Assembly (NCBI GenBank): GCA_965230955.1
Contig: OZ246404.1
Coordinates: 1,060,024 to 1,124,023, forward strand
Direction: 5' to 3'
DNA: 64,000 bases
Source: an uncultured Candidatus Saccharibacteria bacterium
GTDB taxonomy: Bacteria > Patescibacteriota > CALEFQ01
Shown: positions 56,149 to 64,000 of the stretch, piece after piece
How positions within the stretch are numbered: position 1 is the first letter of the stretch
How the letters are laid out: each line of letters begins with the position of its first letter
The notes under the pieces: generated by a model
The model's input: the letters and a program-made list of their open reading frames with translations, nothing else
The model's database searches: none
What the model was told of the DNA's origin: nothing
Made by a program: the position numbers and the translations under genes

Positions 56149-57615
56149 ATGAAAAAAATTATTACCAAGCTAATTGTTGTTTTTCTGGGCGTGACTATGT
56201 TTTTTCCCTTGATCAGTCAGGGGCAAGGTTTTAATAAGAATAATGTTATTTCCGATGAGTTTCTGGCGACCAGTGATAAAATGAGCGGATCAGAAGTGCA
56301 GAATTTTTTGGAAACTCAGCGTGGGCGCCTGGCCAGTTACCGCACGCGGGATATTAATGGCGTGGAAAAAAGCGCCGCCGAAATTATTTACGAGGCGGCG
56401 GCTCAATTTAAAGTTAATCAGCGTTTCCTTTTGGCTTTGTTGGAAAAAGAGCAAGGTTTACTCTCTAATCCGAATCCTTCGGCCAAGGCTTTGGACTGGG
56501 CGACCGGTTTTGGACCGCTGGCCTCGGCCAAGTATCGAGGATTTGGCGCCCAGGTTTACTACGCGGCCAAAGCGATGGGGCGTGATTATGATCTTTATTC
56601 TGATTATTATCGCGGTTTCCCGGTGGGGAGAGAAACTATTACAGAGGACGGAGAAAGAGTGCGCCCAGAGAACAACGCCACTCGTAAATGCTATATCTAT
56701 AATCCCCTGGTCGGCGGACCGGACAAAAATTGGGGTGCCAATTGGCTGTTATGGCAATTAATTAATGTAAAATTTGCATCAGCGTTTGCGCGGTACACCG
56801 GCACGGGAATTGACGACAGAAACTTTATGGCGGCTGATTTCGCCGCCGGCAAGTACTTCTACCGCGAAGGAACGGCGGTAAAGGTGGCGGGCGGACGAGC
56901 GACTTACGTGATCGAAAACGGCCGCCGCTATCACTTCACCGGTCCCAATGCCCTGCGACTGCGCTACAATCCGAAGGAAGTGGTCACTATATCATTGGAA
57001 GAATTTTCTTCATATCCCGAAGGTGGCGCCATGGGACTACCTGACGGTATCGCTGTTCAGCGTCAAAAGGGAGGCGCGGTCTATATTGTGGCGGATGGTG
57101 AGTTGCATGGCGTGCCCGATGCCCAAGTCTTGAGCCAATTGGGATACCACCCTTCCCAAGTGGTCAAAGTGACCGACGCGGAAATAAACAGTCAGCCCAA
57201 AGGAGAATCAATTTCTTCGACGAATCTGTCTCGTCCCAATAACCAATTGGTTAAAATCGCCGGGCAAAACTCTCTGTATGTCTATAAACAAAACAAGCTT
57301 TATCCGCTTTGGGACGGCAAGGTCAAAGAAGTCAATTTCCCCCACCACCCAGTAATTTTGATCAGCCAAGCCGAAGCCGATAATTACCAAATTGTGCGCC
57401 AGCGCCCGGTGTTATTCCGGGACGGGACTCTCTTGATGGCCACCGATGGATCGCGCGCCAAAGCTGTCTTTGTGATATCGGAGGGCGATCGCTATATCTT
57501 CAATTCCCGCGAGGCGCTGGAAGACAACGGCTATCAAATGAAAAATGTGATCAAAGTATCAAACAAAATATTACAGATGCATCGGGAGGGGCAACGCCGG
57601 GTAGAGGCGGAATAG
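56149..57615 (+). CDS. secreted hypothetical protein (about 489 aa), possibly cell-wall associated
   Basis: MKKIITKLIVVFLGVTMFFPLISQG signal peptide. No confident domain. The start was moved from GTG 56116 (inside the terminator hairpin) to ATG 56149. Confidence 0.5.
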   Translation: MKKIITKLIVVFLGVTMFFPLISQGQGFNKNNVISDEFLATSDKMSGSEVQNFLETQRGRLASYRTRDINGVEKSAAEIIYEAAAQFKVNQRFLLALLEKEQGLLSNPNPSAKALDWATGFGPLASAKYRGFGAQVYYAAKAMGRDYDLYSDYYRGFPVGRETITEDGERVRPENNATRKCYIYNPLVGGPDKNWGANWLLWQLINVKFASAFARYTGTGIDDRNFMAADFAAGKYFYREGTAVKVAGGRATYVIENGRRYHFTGPNALRLRYNPKEVVTISLEEFSSYPEGGAMGLPDGIAVQRQKGGAVYIVADGELHGVPDAQVLSQLGYHPSQVVKVTDAEINSQPKGESISSTNLSRPNNQLVKIAGQNSLYVYKQNKLYPLWDGKVKEVNFPHHPVILISQAEADNYQIVRQRPVLFRDGTLLMATDGSRAKAVFVISEGDRYIFNSREALEDNGYQMKNVIKVSNKILQMHREGQRRVEAE

Positions 57616-57635
57616 TAGATTAGATGATCAATTGA

Positions 57636-57674
57636 AAAGGTGCGGCCTGCCGATTCGGTAGGCCGCACCTTTTG
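57636..57674. terminator. bidirectional terminator hairpin aaaaggtgcggcctgccgattcggtaggccgcacctttt
   Basis: 13-bp GC-rich stem with flanking A and T tracts. It contains the gccgattcgg core seen in two other terminators. Confidence 0.75.
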
Positions 57675-57716
57675 TAATTCACTTGACTGATTTTAACTAG
57701 TTGCTAGAATACAAAG

Positions 57717-57970
57717 AAGTAAAAATGCTGCTGAAGGGTAATTCCTCCGGAGGGGAAGATGCCGGGTAATGGGAAACATGCAGGCAAGGTGGAAATAGAG
57801 AGAGGGGCCACTTTTTCTGGATCTGCCGCGCTAGCCGTCCGCTAATCGGCGAGAATCCTATATTAAAGCGGCTTGGTGTCTTCTACCATTCAGTGGCGAC
57901 CATTTTGGCCAGCCAGTTGGCGATTCTAGTCGAAAGACTTCAATCAACGACTGGCTTGGCCTCTTTTTTT
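57717..57970 (+). ncRNA. candidate independent transcript of about 250 nt (small RNA and/or mRNA for a 28-aa peptide)
   Basis: TTGACT-16-TAGAAT promoter (57683-57710). Intrinsic terminator ggccagccagt...actggcttggcc plus T-tract (57907-57970). No downstream plus-strand gene. It contains an ORF at 57759-57845 (MPGNGKHAGKVEIERGATFSGSAALAVR) with GGAGGGG 5 nt upstream. Confidence 0.35.
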
Positions 57971-57980
57971 TATTTTAAAC

Positions 57981-58011
57981 AAAATCCCCCAGAATCAGTC
58001 CGGGGGATTTT
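57981..58011. terminator. terminator hairpin aaaatccccc-agaatcagtcc-gggggatttt for the radical SAM gene
   Basis: 7-bp GC stem with flanking A and T tracts, just downstream of the minus-strand stop at 58049. Confidence 0.6.
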
Positions 58012-58048
58012 ATTTCCTGTTTTCACAGGCTGGTATGGGAGAGATTGA

Positions 58049-59446
58049 TTATAGTTTACCTTCGTCCCAGGCTTTGCCGACAACTTTCTTTCGTTCTTCG
58101 GCCAGCTTGTCCAGTTCCGGTGCCAGAGAAGTAATAGTGATTTCCCCGCCTTCGTAACTGGCTTTGACGTTTTCGCCGGCTTTGCGTCCGTCGGCGACAG
58201 CTTTTCGAAGATTTTCCGGGTGATCAATGACGCCGCAAGGTCGGAAAAGATCATTGATACCTTCGATCGATTTTCGGTAGGATTTGAAGAATTCCGATTT
58301 CAAAGCTTCGCGGATGGTAGTCTCGTTGATATTATGGACATGGAATTGAGCGAAGACACAAGGTTCGATGGCGCCATTACCGCTAATGTGAAGATAAGCG
58401 CGGCCGGCAGCCAGGCAGCCTTCGGTCAAAATCCCGTCGCCCCAGAAATCAGCCATCAAAAATGGTCTATCGCTCTCGCGCATAGTACGAACGCGATTGC
58501 GGACGTAATTGCGCTGTTCCGGAGTGACCATCAGAGATGTGTCGGGTTTCTTTCCTACCGGCATATATTGGAAATACCAGGCAAAACCGGCGCCTTTGGC
58601 CATCCAGTAATCGATAAATTCATCGGTGGTGACTAGTTTGGCATTGTTTCGAGTGACTGTGACGGAGATCGCAACCGGTACGCCGTATTTGCGAAGGTAA
58701 CTCATGGCGCGTACGATTCGATCGTAAGTGCCTTCACCTCGGCGGGCATCGGTTTCTTTTTGGTAGCCCTCGACGCTGATGCACGGGGTGACATTACCGA
58801 CTTTTTCCAATTGCTTGGCCGTTTCTTCATCGATCAAAGTCCCGTTGGTATAGGTGATGAAGTACATGTCGTTGTGTTCTTTGAAGAGGCGGAGCAAATC
58901 AGCTTTGCGGACATAGGGCTCGCCGCCGGTAATGACGATAAAGTAATTGCCGAAACTTTTCATTTCTTTGCAAACGCGATCCATAACTTCATAGGATAAA
59001 TCGCCGGTCTTTTTCTTGTTGTATTCGAAGGCATAGCAACCGGTACAGGTCAGATTGCAGCGCATGGTCGGACTCATGACACAGAGTGCCGGAGGAGCAA
59101 ATCCTTCTCGTTCTTTGAATTCAGCGCGTAAAACACCGCCCTTAAAAATGGCGTTATTGGCCAGGTTATTTACCAGTTTAAATCGACAATTTGGTGACAG
59201 TTTTTTTGACCAAGCCAAGAAAACGTCGGTCATTTTTAGGGCAAATCCCTTTTGAAACCGCAGTTTGCGCGGATCGAGCTTTTTGGGATTTTCATCAAAG
59301 GATTTTATGATTTTCTTCCGGAAACCTTTGACGATTAAATCCAAGCCGGCGCGAGGAATGCGGGGCAAGGCCCAGGAGCCGGTTTTCGCGGCCAGGTGTT
59401 TTAATTTTTTAGTCAGTTTCGGACCGGATTTACTGGTGGTTGCCAT
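58049..59446 (-). CDS. radical SAM enzyme, HpnH-like core with an N-terminal extension of about 75 aa
   Basis: CxxxCxxC (MRCNLTCTGCYAFEY) at about residue 135. ITGGEPYV and ITYTNGTL motifs. The C-terminal domain has only 3 Cys (EGC, EPC, RPC). The Cys box and downstream motifs resemble adenosylhopane synthase HpnH (FRCNLACAGCGK, GGEPLL, CTNAILL). Confidence 0.75.
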   Translation of the reverse strand: MATTSKSGPKLTKKLKHLAAKTGSWALPRIPRAGLDLIVKGFRKKIIKSFDENPKKLDPRKLRFQKGFALKMTDVFLAWSKKLSPNCRFKLVNNLANNAIFKGGVLRAEFKEREGFAPPALCVMSPTMRCNLTCTGCYAFEYNKKKTGDLSYEVMDRVCKEMKSFGNYFIVITGGEPYVRKADLLRLFKEHNDMYFITYTNGTLIDEETAKQLEKVGNVTPCISVEGYQKETDARRGEGTYDRIVRAMSYLRKYGVPVAISVTVTRNNAKLVTTDEFIDYWMAKGAGFAWYFQYMPVGKKPDTSLMVTPEQRNYVRNRVRTMRESDRPFLMADFWGDGILTEGCLAAGRAYLHISGNGAIEPCVFAQFHVHNINETTIREALKSEFFKSYRKSIEGINDLFRPCGVIDHPENLRKAVADGRKAGENVKASYEGGEITITSLAPELDKLAEERKKVVGKAWDEGKL

Positions 59447-59518
59447 ATTTTTTCGTTGACCCGCCGAACAGAAAGCCGAAGGGTCTTTAAGGTTAATTAA
59501 TAAACAAACGCAAGTTTG

Positions 59519-59546
59519 ATTATACTAAATGGGAGTTAATTGTCAA
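59519..59546 (-). promoter_or_regulatory. consensus sigma70 promoter (TTGACA-16-TATAAT on the minus strand) for the radical SAM gene
   Basis: Reverse complement reads gtcaaTTGACAattaactcccatttagTATAATcaaac. The leader of about 60 nt contains a gaccc...gggtc hairpin. Confidence 0.55.
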
Positions 59547-59736
59547 TTGACGGCTGTTTATCGATCAAAATTAGGGACGGGATTTTTATTTTTGGGCCTT
59601 TTCGGTATCCGCTTCCCCACTTTTTGGCAAAAACGGCAATTCGGACTGTTTTTATCTTGTTAGTCCAATTTAGCAGTTAATGATGCCCGTGAGAAGTGGA
59701 TAAGTGAATCAAAAAAGTAGAAATAAAGGCCAGATT

Positions 59737-59768
59737 AATAAAAAAGCCTGTGAGGATTTCACAGGCTT
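59737..59768 (-). terminator. intrinsic terminator gcctgtga-aatcc-tcacaggc + TTTTTTATT on the minus strand
   Basis: 8-bp stem and T-tract immediately after the stop of the 158-aa gene. It separates that gene from the radical SAM gene. Confidence 0.7.
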
Positions 59769-59787
59769 CGCGACATCGATTGTTGTT

Positions 59788-60264
59788 TTAGCGGCGTTTC
59801 TTTCCTTGTCCCGGAGCACCACCAGGGAACATGCAGATTTTCCTACCGGGGAGTCTTGAATGATGCTGGATGTATCCTTCATAATGATCGGGATTTTTCT
59901 GAAATTCCGCCAGGCGAAAAACTAGGTGCTGGCGACAGGCTTCTTCGGGGTCGGTACCGCAGGAAATTTCACGACGGATTTCTTCCAGTTGGGTTAGGAT
60001 ACCAGTAGAGAAGGAAACTGTTGATATTTTGTACCGATCGCAGTAGATACGTTGTTCCGGATCGACAGCCATGGCATGCTCGGAAATTTCCTGACCTGGC
60101 CAGATCATCAGCCGGATGAGAACATTTAATTTGCCTATCTGGCAAAATAACTGGACTCCGTGTTCCCCATTCCGAAATTTGACATCGGTAACCTGGTTTT
60201 GGACAGCCTGTGTCCATTGCCATTCAAACCATTCCATAAACTTTATTATCTGATTATCATCCAT
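59788..60264 (-). CDS. hypothetical protein (158 aa)
   Basis: Own terminator. No recognisable domain. Confidence 0.45.
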   Translation of the reverse strand: MDDNQIIKFMEWFEWQWTQAVQNQVTDVKFRNGEHGVQLFCQIGKLNVLIRLMIWPGQEISEHAMAVDPEQRIYCDRYKISTVSFSTGILTQLEEIRREISCGTDPEEACRQHLVFRLAEFQKNPDHYEGYIQHHSRLPGRKICMFPGGAPGQGKKRR

Positions 60265-60374
60265 AGGTATTTATACCTCCTTAGTGCGGGATTATATTAT
60301 TTATTGGTAAATGTCAATAATATCAAATGCAGTGATTGACCGACCATCAGTGTACCGCTACAATAGCCTTGCTT

Positions 60375-60459
60375 GGGAACGTGGCGGAACTGGTATACGC
60401 GCATGGCTTAGGACCATGTCCCGTAAGGGGTGAGGGTTCGACTCCCTCCGTTCCCACCA
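60375..60459 (+). tRNA. tRNA-Leu (anticodon UAG), class II with long variable arm, CCA encoded
   Basis: Acceptor stem GGGAACG/CGUUCCC, D-arm, anticodon stem CAUGG/CCAUG with loop CUUAGGA, long variable arm, T-arm GAGGGUUCGACUCCCUC, discriminator A and CCA. Confidence 0.85.
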
Positions 60460-60834
60460 AGTGATCCTTATTTATTTGTCGCTGGCCGGTTGATGACAAG
60501 ACTCATGTTTTAAGGGCCCAGGATAAAAAAGTATGGATTTTTTGTTTTATTTAAGGCAAAAATAGATAGATAAAATACTTGACAAAAGATAGCGTATATG
60601 ATACAGTGTGGGGTCTGAAAGTAGGCTACTAAGCCTATTTCCAGCGTTCTTTAAGAAAGCGGTAAGAATGCCAATTGCTTGGTTTTCAAGTAATTTGGTT
60701 TTTTCTACCTCATCTTGGCTAGAATCCTCCTTGGTAATTCCCTACAGAGTGATTTTGTCTCTAAATATTTTGGAGGCAGGATCACTTTGTAGGGTTGATT
60801 GGAATGTAACAGTTTTACCGTAGGAGGTAATGAA

Positions 60835-62235
60835 ATGAACTCAATATTTTGGTTTGGTTTGTTCGGTCTCGGTTTGGTTGGTGTGGTGTTTGCTTTGATT
60901 TTCGGGTGGAAGAAGTATCGGGAAAGCTATCCGAAAACGGTACGGTCTCTCGCTGATCTTCCGCGCGACATCGACGACCTTGATGCGGAAGCAGAAGCGC
61001 CGGTTGTTGTCCCGGCTGAAGAAGAACCTCTAATCGAGAACCAGAGAAAAGTTCTCTGGAAGTTCAATCTTGTTGGGTTCTCTGCCTGGAATTACCCCGC
61101 CTGGCTGAAGAAGCCGTGGCTGTGGGCAATCATTGCCGCGCCGGTTCTCCATCTTGTTTTCTCGACTTGGCTGAAACTCGTGCCGGCTATCTTGATCTGG
61201 GTTATCGCGTTGGCGGTAATCTTCTCAAAGCCTGTGGTGAACAAGTTCAAATTGATGGATCTTTTTCATCAGGCCATGGCCGACTTCCACAACCCCAAAA
61301 AGGGTTTTGTCTGGTCTTTGGCTTACTGGGGCGGCTGGGCGGCGGTTTGGTTCGGTTGGCTACTCGTTCCGGTTCTGGTTCTCCTTCTCTCCTGGGTGCT
61401 GGTCGAGGTTCCAATCCTTAATCGGATTTTGGAACAGGCGGCTAACTCGCCATTGGTGGTCATAATGGTCTCAATGGTGGCGCAAGGATTGGTGCTGGCG
61501 CTGTACAGCTGGAAACTCTTTCCTGAGGGTGTCCTGGTTCGGGAAATCGTCTTGAAAAAGACATCTCGGACGCTGGCCGGTGGTAAGTATCGTTTTTATC
61601 ATCCGTTGGCGACACTCCGAGGCTACTTCAGCGGTGAACACACAGTTGACGATGAGCGCACCGACGCTATCGTGCGTGACTCCACGAACTTTGATTGGAT
61701 CGCCGACATGGCAATCGTAATCAAGTTTCAGGATGTTACCAAGCTGGCTGGCGGTGAGTTCGAGAGAGATCTCGATAGTCTGAAGTTATCTAATCCGGAT
61801 GATCTTACCACCTTCGATCCGGCCAAACTGGAAGCTTCGCAGATCCTTAAAAGGGCTTACGTCCTGGTTCAGAACGGGGCCCAGATTGGAGCAAAAAAAC
61901 TCACACCAGACGAGATTCAGGAACCAGATGGAAAAACAAAGATTGCCAAAGCGGTCAATGAAGCGATCGCCAAAGACATCTACCAGAAAGACAGCGCAGA
62001 TAACGTGTTACCAGATGAGCAACAGCCATTCATAATTGTTGCCCAGACGAACCAGATCACGGCAACCACTCGGACGGCTCAGTCCTTAGGACTGATTGCA
62101 GAAGTGCAGACACTCAAAGACAAACAGATGCTGGACGATGAAGGTGCGAGGGAGTATCTCCTGCGCAAAGCAACTGGTGGAAAAGGTGGCGGAAGCATGA
62201 TTATCGAAAACCGGAAGGGGGGTAATCGCAACTAG
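60835..62235 (+). CDS. hypothetical polytopic membrane protein with a large cytoplasmic C-terminal domain (466 aa)
   Basis: TAGGAGGT RBS before ATG 60835. N-terminal TM, acidic linker, 4-5 TMs, then a soluble domain of about 230 aa ending in a Gly/Lys-rich tail. Confidence 0.5.
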   Translation: MNSIFWFGLFGLGLVGVVFALIFGWKKYRESYPKTVRSLADLPRDIDDLDAEAEAPVVVPAEEEPLIENQRKVLWKFNLVGFSAWNYPAWLKKPWLWAIIAAPVLHLVFSTWLKLVPAILIWVIALAVIFSKPVVNKFKLMDLFHQAMADFHNPKKGFVWSLAYWGGWAAVWFGWLLVPVLVLLLSWVLVEVPILNRILEQAANSPLVVIMVSMVAQGLVLALYSWKLFPEGVLVREIVLKKTSRTLAGGKYRFYHPLATLRGYFSGEHTVDDERTDAIVRDSTNFDWIADMAIVIKFQDVTKLAGGEFERDLDSLKLSNPDDLTTFDPAKLEASQILKRAYVLVQNGAQIGAKKLTPDEIQEPDGKTKIAKAVNEAIAKDIYQKDSADNVLPDEQQPFIIVAQTNQITATTRTAQSLGLIAEVQTLKDKQMLDDEGAREYLLRKATGGKGGGSMIIENRKGGNRN

Positions 62236-62379
62236 CCAAGATGAATTCGCGGGGGCGGCCATGGAACAGCAATGTTTCTAAGCCGCCCCTAATCTTTTTA
62301 GAAGGCAAATATGTATTCACTCTGGTGGATATTAATGTGTCTTTTAAAAACTTATCAATCAAGAAGAGGGGGAAATATC

Positions 62380-63537
62380 ATGAGACGGATGCAAACGTTT
62401 GGCGGAATGGATTGGTTGGTCTGGTCGGTCAAGATGATCCTAAGCGTCTTAATTGACGCGATAGATATCATCGTGCGACTGGGACTGGTCACGCTTAGCT
62501 GGGGGCTGTCATTGGCGATCCCTGATCCGGTCAACTTTATCCTGAATATCCTTCAGGTACTGTTGGCCTCGGCCATCTGGGGAAAAGCGGATGCGGCTCT
62601 GCAACTCGGGGAAACGCTGCTGGAATTCGTTCCGGTGGCCGGCAAAGTGATTGATTTCACCCCTGTTCTCACGATCGGTGGAATCATGTATCTGCTGGGT
62701 GAAGTAGACCCGAGCCAAATCCCTGCCCGGCACAAGAAGAGCCGAGGGGAATTGGTTCAGCTGTGGGTGATCTTGTTGGTCTGTGGTGGTATGGGCTTAG
62801 TGCTGTGGCACTTCCATATTGCCAGCTGGTCCACCGCGGTCATCATTGGTTTGGTTCTCTGGACGATTACCTGGGGGATATTCCAAGTTGACTGGGCCAG
62901 AGTCACTCGTCCGGCGCAAAGAGTGTTGACAGTGATCTCCGGGATAGTAATCGGCATTTCCCTACTGCCAGTAGGATATTATGCCGTTATGAACCCGGAA
63001 AACTTACGGTCCACCGCTTGGCAGCAGATGACCGATAAAGGATTGGCCGAGTACTTCCCGGGCATTGAGGAACGGGCGAAAGAATGGGAAGTAAAAGCCA
63101 ATGGGGTTTCCGAAGCGGCCAAAGAAATCGGAGCCAATCGACTACGAGACTCGATGAATGAAATTTGGTCTCTGATATTGGACACTGAAGTCAAGCGACG
63201 AGAGGAAAATCCGAAGGGCGAAGAGACCAAGATAGCGGCCGAGATCCAAGAGCTTCGCGATCAGGGTTTGGATGTCAGATCAGCTCTCGATATCGAGAGA
63301 TATCGTGGCCCTGTCACTCTGAAGGTGGCCAACCAGATTCGGAGGCAACGAGCAATGGGCTTTCTGGCAATCGGTGGTGGCTTACTGATAATCATGCTTC
63401 TGATACTACTCTGGCCAGCTATCACACAGGTCCCACTGAAACCAGATTCTCGTCTTGGATCAGGATCAAGAACTCTTCCGGAAATGAAGCCGACTGTACT
63501 GGTGGAAAATACTCCTCCGAAACAGATCGACTCATAG
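62380..63537 (+). CDS. hypothetical membrane protein with coiled-coil region and C-terminal TM (385 aa)
   Basis: GAGGGGG RBS before ATG 62380. No recognisable domain. Confidence 0.5.
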   Translation: MRRMQTFGGMDWLVWSVKMILSVLIDAIDIIVRLGLVTLSWGLSLAIPDPVNFILNILQVLLASAIWGKADAALQLGETLLEFVPVAGKVIDFTPVLTIGGIMYLLGEVDPSQIPARHKKSRGELVQLWVILLVCGGMGLVLWHFHIASWSTAVIIGLVLWTITWGIFQVDWARVTRPAQRVLTVISGIVIGISLLPVGYYAVMNPENLRSTAWQQMTDKGLAEYFPGIEERAKEWEVKANGVSEAAKEIGANRLRDSMNEIWSLILDTEVKRREENPKGEETKIAAEIQELRDQGLDVRSALDIERYRGPVTLKVANQIRRQRAMGFLAIGGGLLIIMLLILLWPAITQVPLKPDSRLGSGSRTLPEMKPTVLVENTPPKQIDS

Positions 63538-63627
63538 CGATTTCAGAAGACACTAAAACCCTCAAGCGAAAGCTAGAGGGTTTTTTCATGGCTTGAAGAT
63601 TAATTGTGGGTGAATTTTAAATAACGA

Positions 63628-63659
63628 AAATGGCGAGGGAATTAATTCCCTCGCCATTT
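63628..63659. terminator. perfect 30-nt palindrome AATGGCGAGGGAATT|AATTCCCTCGCCATT, probable bidirectional terminator
   Basis: Read directly. A second hairpin (cccccagc...gctggggg) lies at 63685-63735. Confidence 0.6.
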
Positions 63660-63754
63660 AAATCGGTGTAAGAAAAAATTTTGCCAAAGAAAAACCCCCA
63701 GCGCTATCGAGGATATTATCCAAGATTTTGCTGGGGGCTGCGTTCATGAACCTG

Positions 63755-64000
63755 CTATTTCGTTTTCATCCGGACAGACGACGGAACTGCGGGATCGGCT
63801 CCGATACTGGTTTCCACCACGTCGCACCAGCCGTCATCATCAGTATCCGATAACTCGAATATGTTCACATCGAGCCAGTTTCTGACGATGGCCCGACCGA
63901 ATTTTCCTCGGTCGAGTTCCACCTTGTCGGTGGCAGTGGTCGTGGTCGACTGGGCGGCCATCATATCGAGTGCCGATGAAGTGATGGCGGGGATGATGAC
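63755..64000 (-). CDS. partial CDS (3' part; reading frame open to the window edge) with a TSP3-like DTDDDG motif
   Basis: The ORF continues past 64000. The C-terminal region contains SDTDDDGWCD. Confidence 0.35.
   Translation of the reverse strand, partial: VIIPAITSSALDMMAAQSTTTTATDKVELDRGKFGRAIVRNWLDVNIFELSDTDDDGWCDVVETSIGADPAVPSSVRMKTK

Noticed and set aside
60460-63537. Calling the tRNA-adjacent genes a mobile element or prophage remnant
   Set aside because: No integrase, no phage-like genes and no direct repeat of the tRNA 3' end found within the window. Kept only as a finding to check.
1-64000. CRISPR arrays, transposases, integrases, rRNA genes
   Set aside because: No regularly spaced repeat-spacer arrays, no transposase- or integrase-like ORFs and no rRNA-like sequence found. 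All repeats seen are hairpin-type.

Overview
This 64-kb window is mostly dense coding sequence at about 47% GC, and it reads like a small-genome, envelope-focused bacterium. Many short proteins and word-like palindromic intergenic hairpins suggest a Patescibacteria/CPR-like organism, but that is inference.

Main blocks in order:
- Heat-shock locus (1-5.8 kb): a Clp ATPase with an N-terminal zinc ribbon sits behind a consensus promoter and a perfect CIRCE operator, followed by three small unknown genes and an Hsp20.
- Signalling cluster (5.9-13.9 kb): a PrsW-like protease, a response regulator, a histidine kinase, a UbiA-type prenyltransferase, a GAF-RHH regulator and an ECF sigma / PEGA-beta-propeller anti-sigma pair.
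- Cell-wall genes (14-20 kb): a VanW-like protein, an FG-GAP L,D-transpeptidase and an aminopeptidase-like protein.
- yebC-ruvC (21.1-22.3 kb).
- ATP-grasp peptide-ligase module (22.3-27.8 kb): a PKD-7TM membrane protein is translationally coupled to an 800-aa RimK-like ATP-grasp fused to a retropepsin-like domain and a DUF1704-like HExxH domain. A second DUF1704-like HExxH protein is encoded convergently. This is my strongest candidate for the unusual system.
- Second ATP-grasp (27.8-30.7 kb): it is coupled to a GT4 glycosyltransferase, with a GT2 transferase adjacent.
- Housekeeping and envelope genes (30.7-36.7 kb): tyrS, then PBP1A, a DarA-like protein and an LCP protein.
- Replication-origin region (36.7-44 kb): dnaA-dnaN-(small Ca-repeat protein)-recF-DUF721, with a DnaA-box cluster between dnaA and dnaN, then rpmH-rnpA-yidD-yidC-jag.
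- Sortase pair (44.1-46.6 kb): a sortase-like enzyme next to a surface protein whose C-terminal sorting signal is atypical.
- Glycan cluster (47.3-55.9 kb): a flippase, two GT4 transferases, two O-antigen-ligase-like proteins and a GT39/PMT-like transferase.
- Standalone elements (55.9-60.5 kb): an aromatic-rich 37-aa upstream ORF with its own promoter and terminator, a candidate small-RNA or small-peptide gene, and an HpnH-like radical SAM gene with a consensus promoter.
- tRNA-Leu(UAG) at 60.4 kb, followed by two membrane proteins of unknown function.
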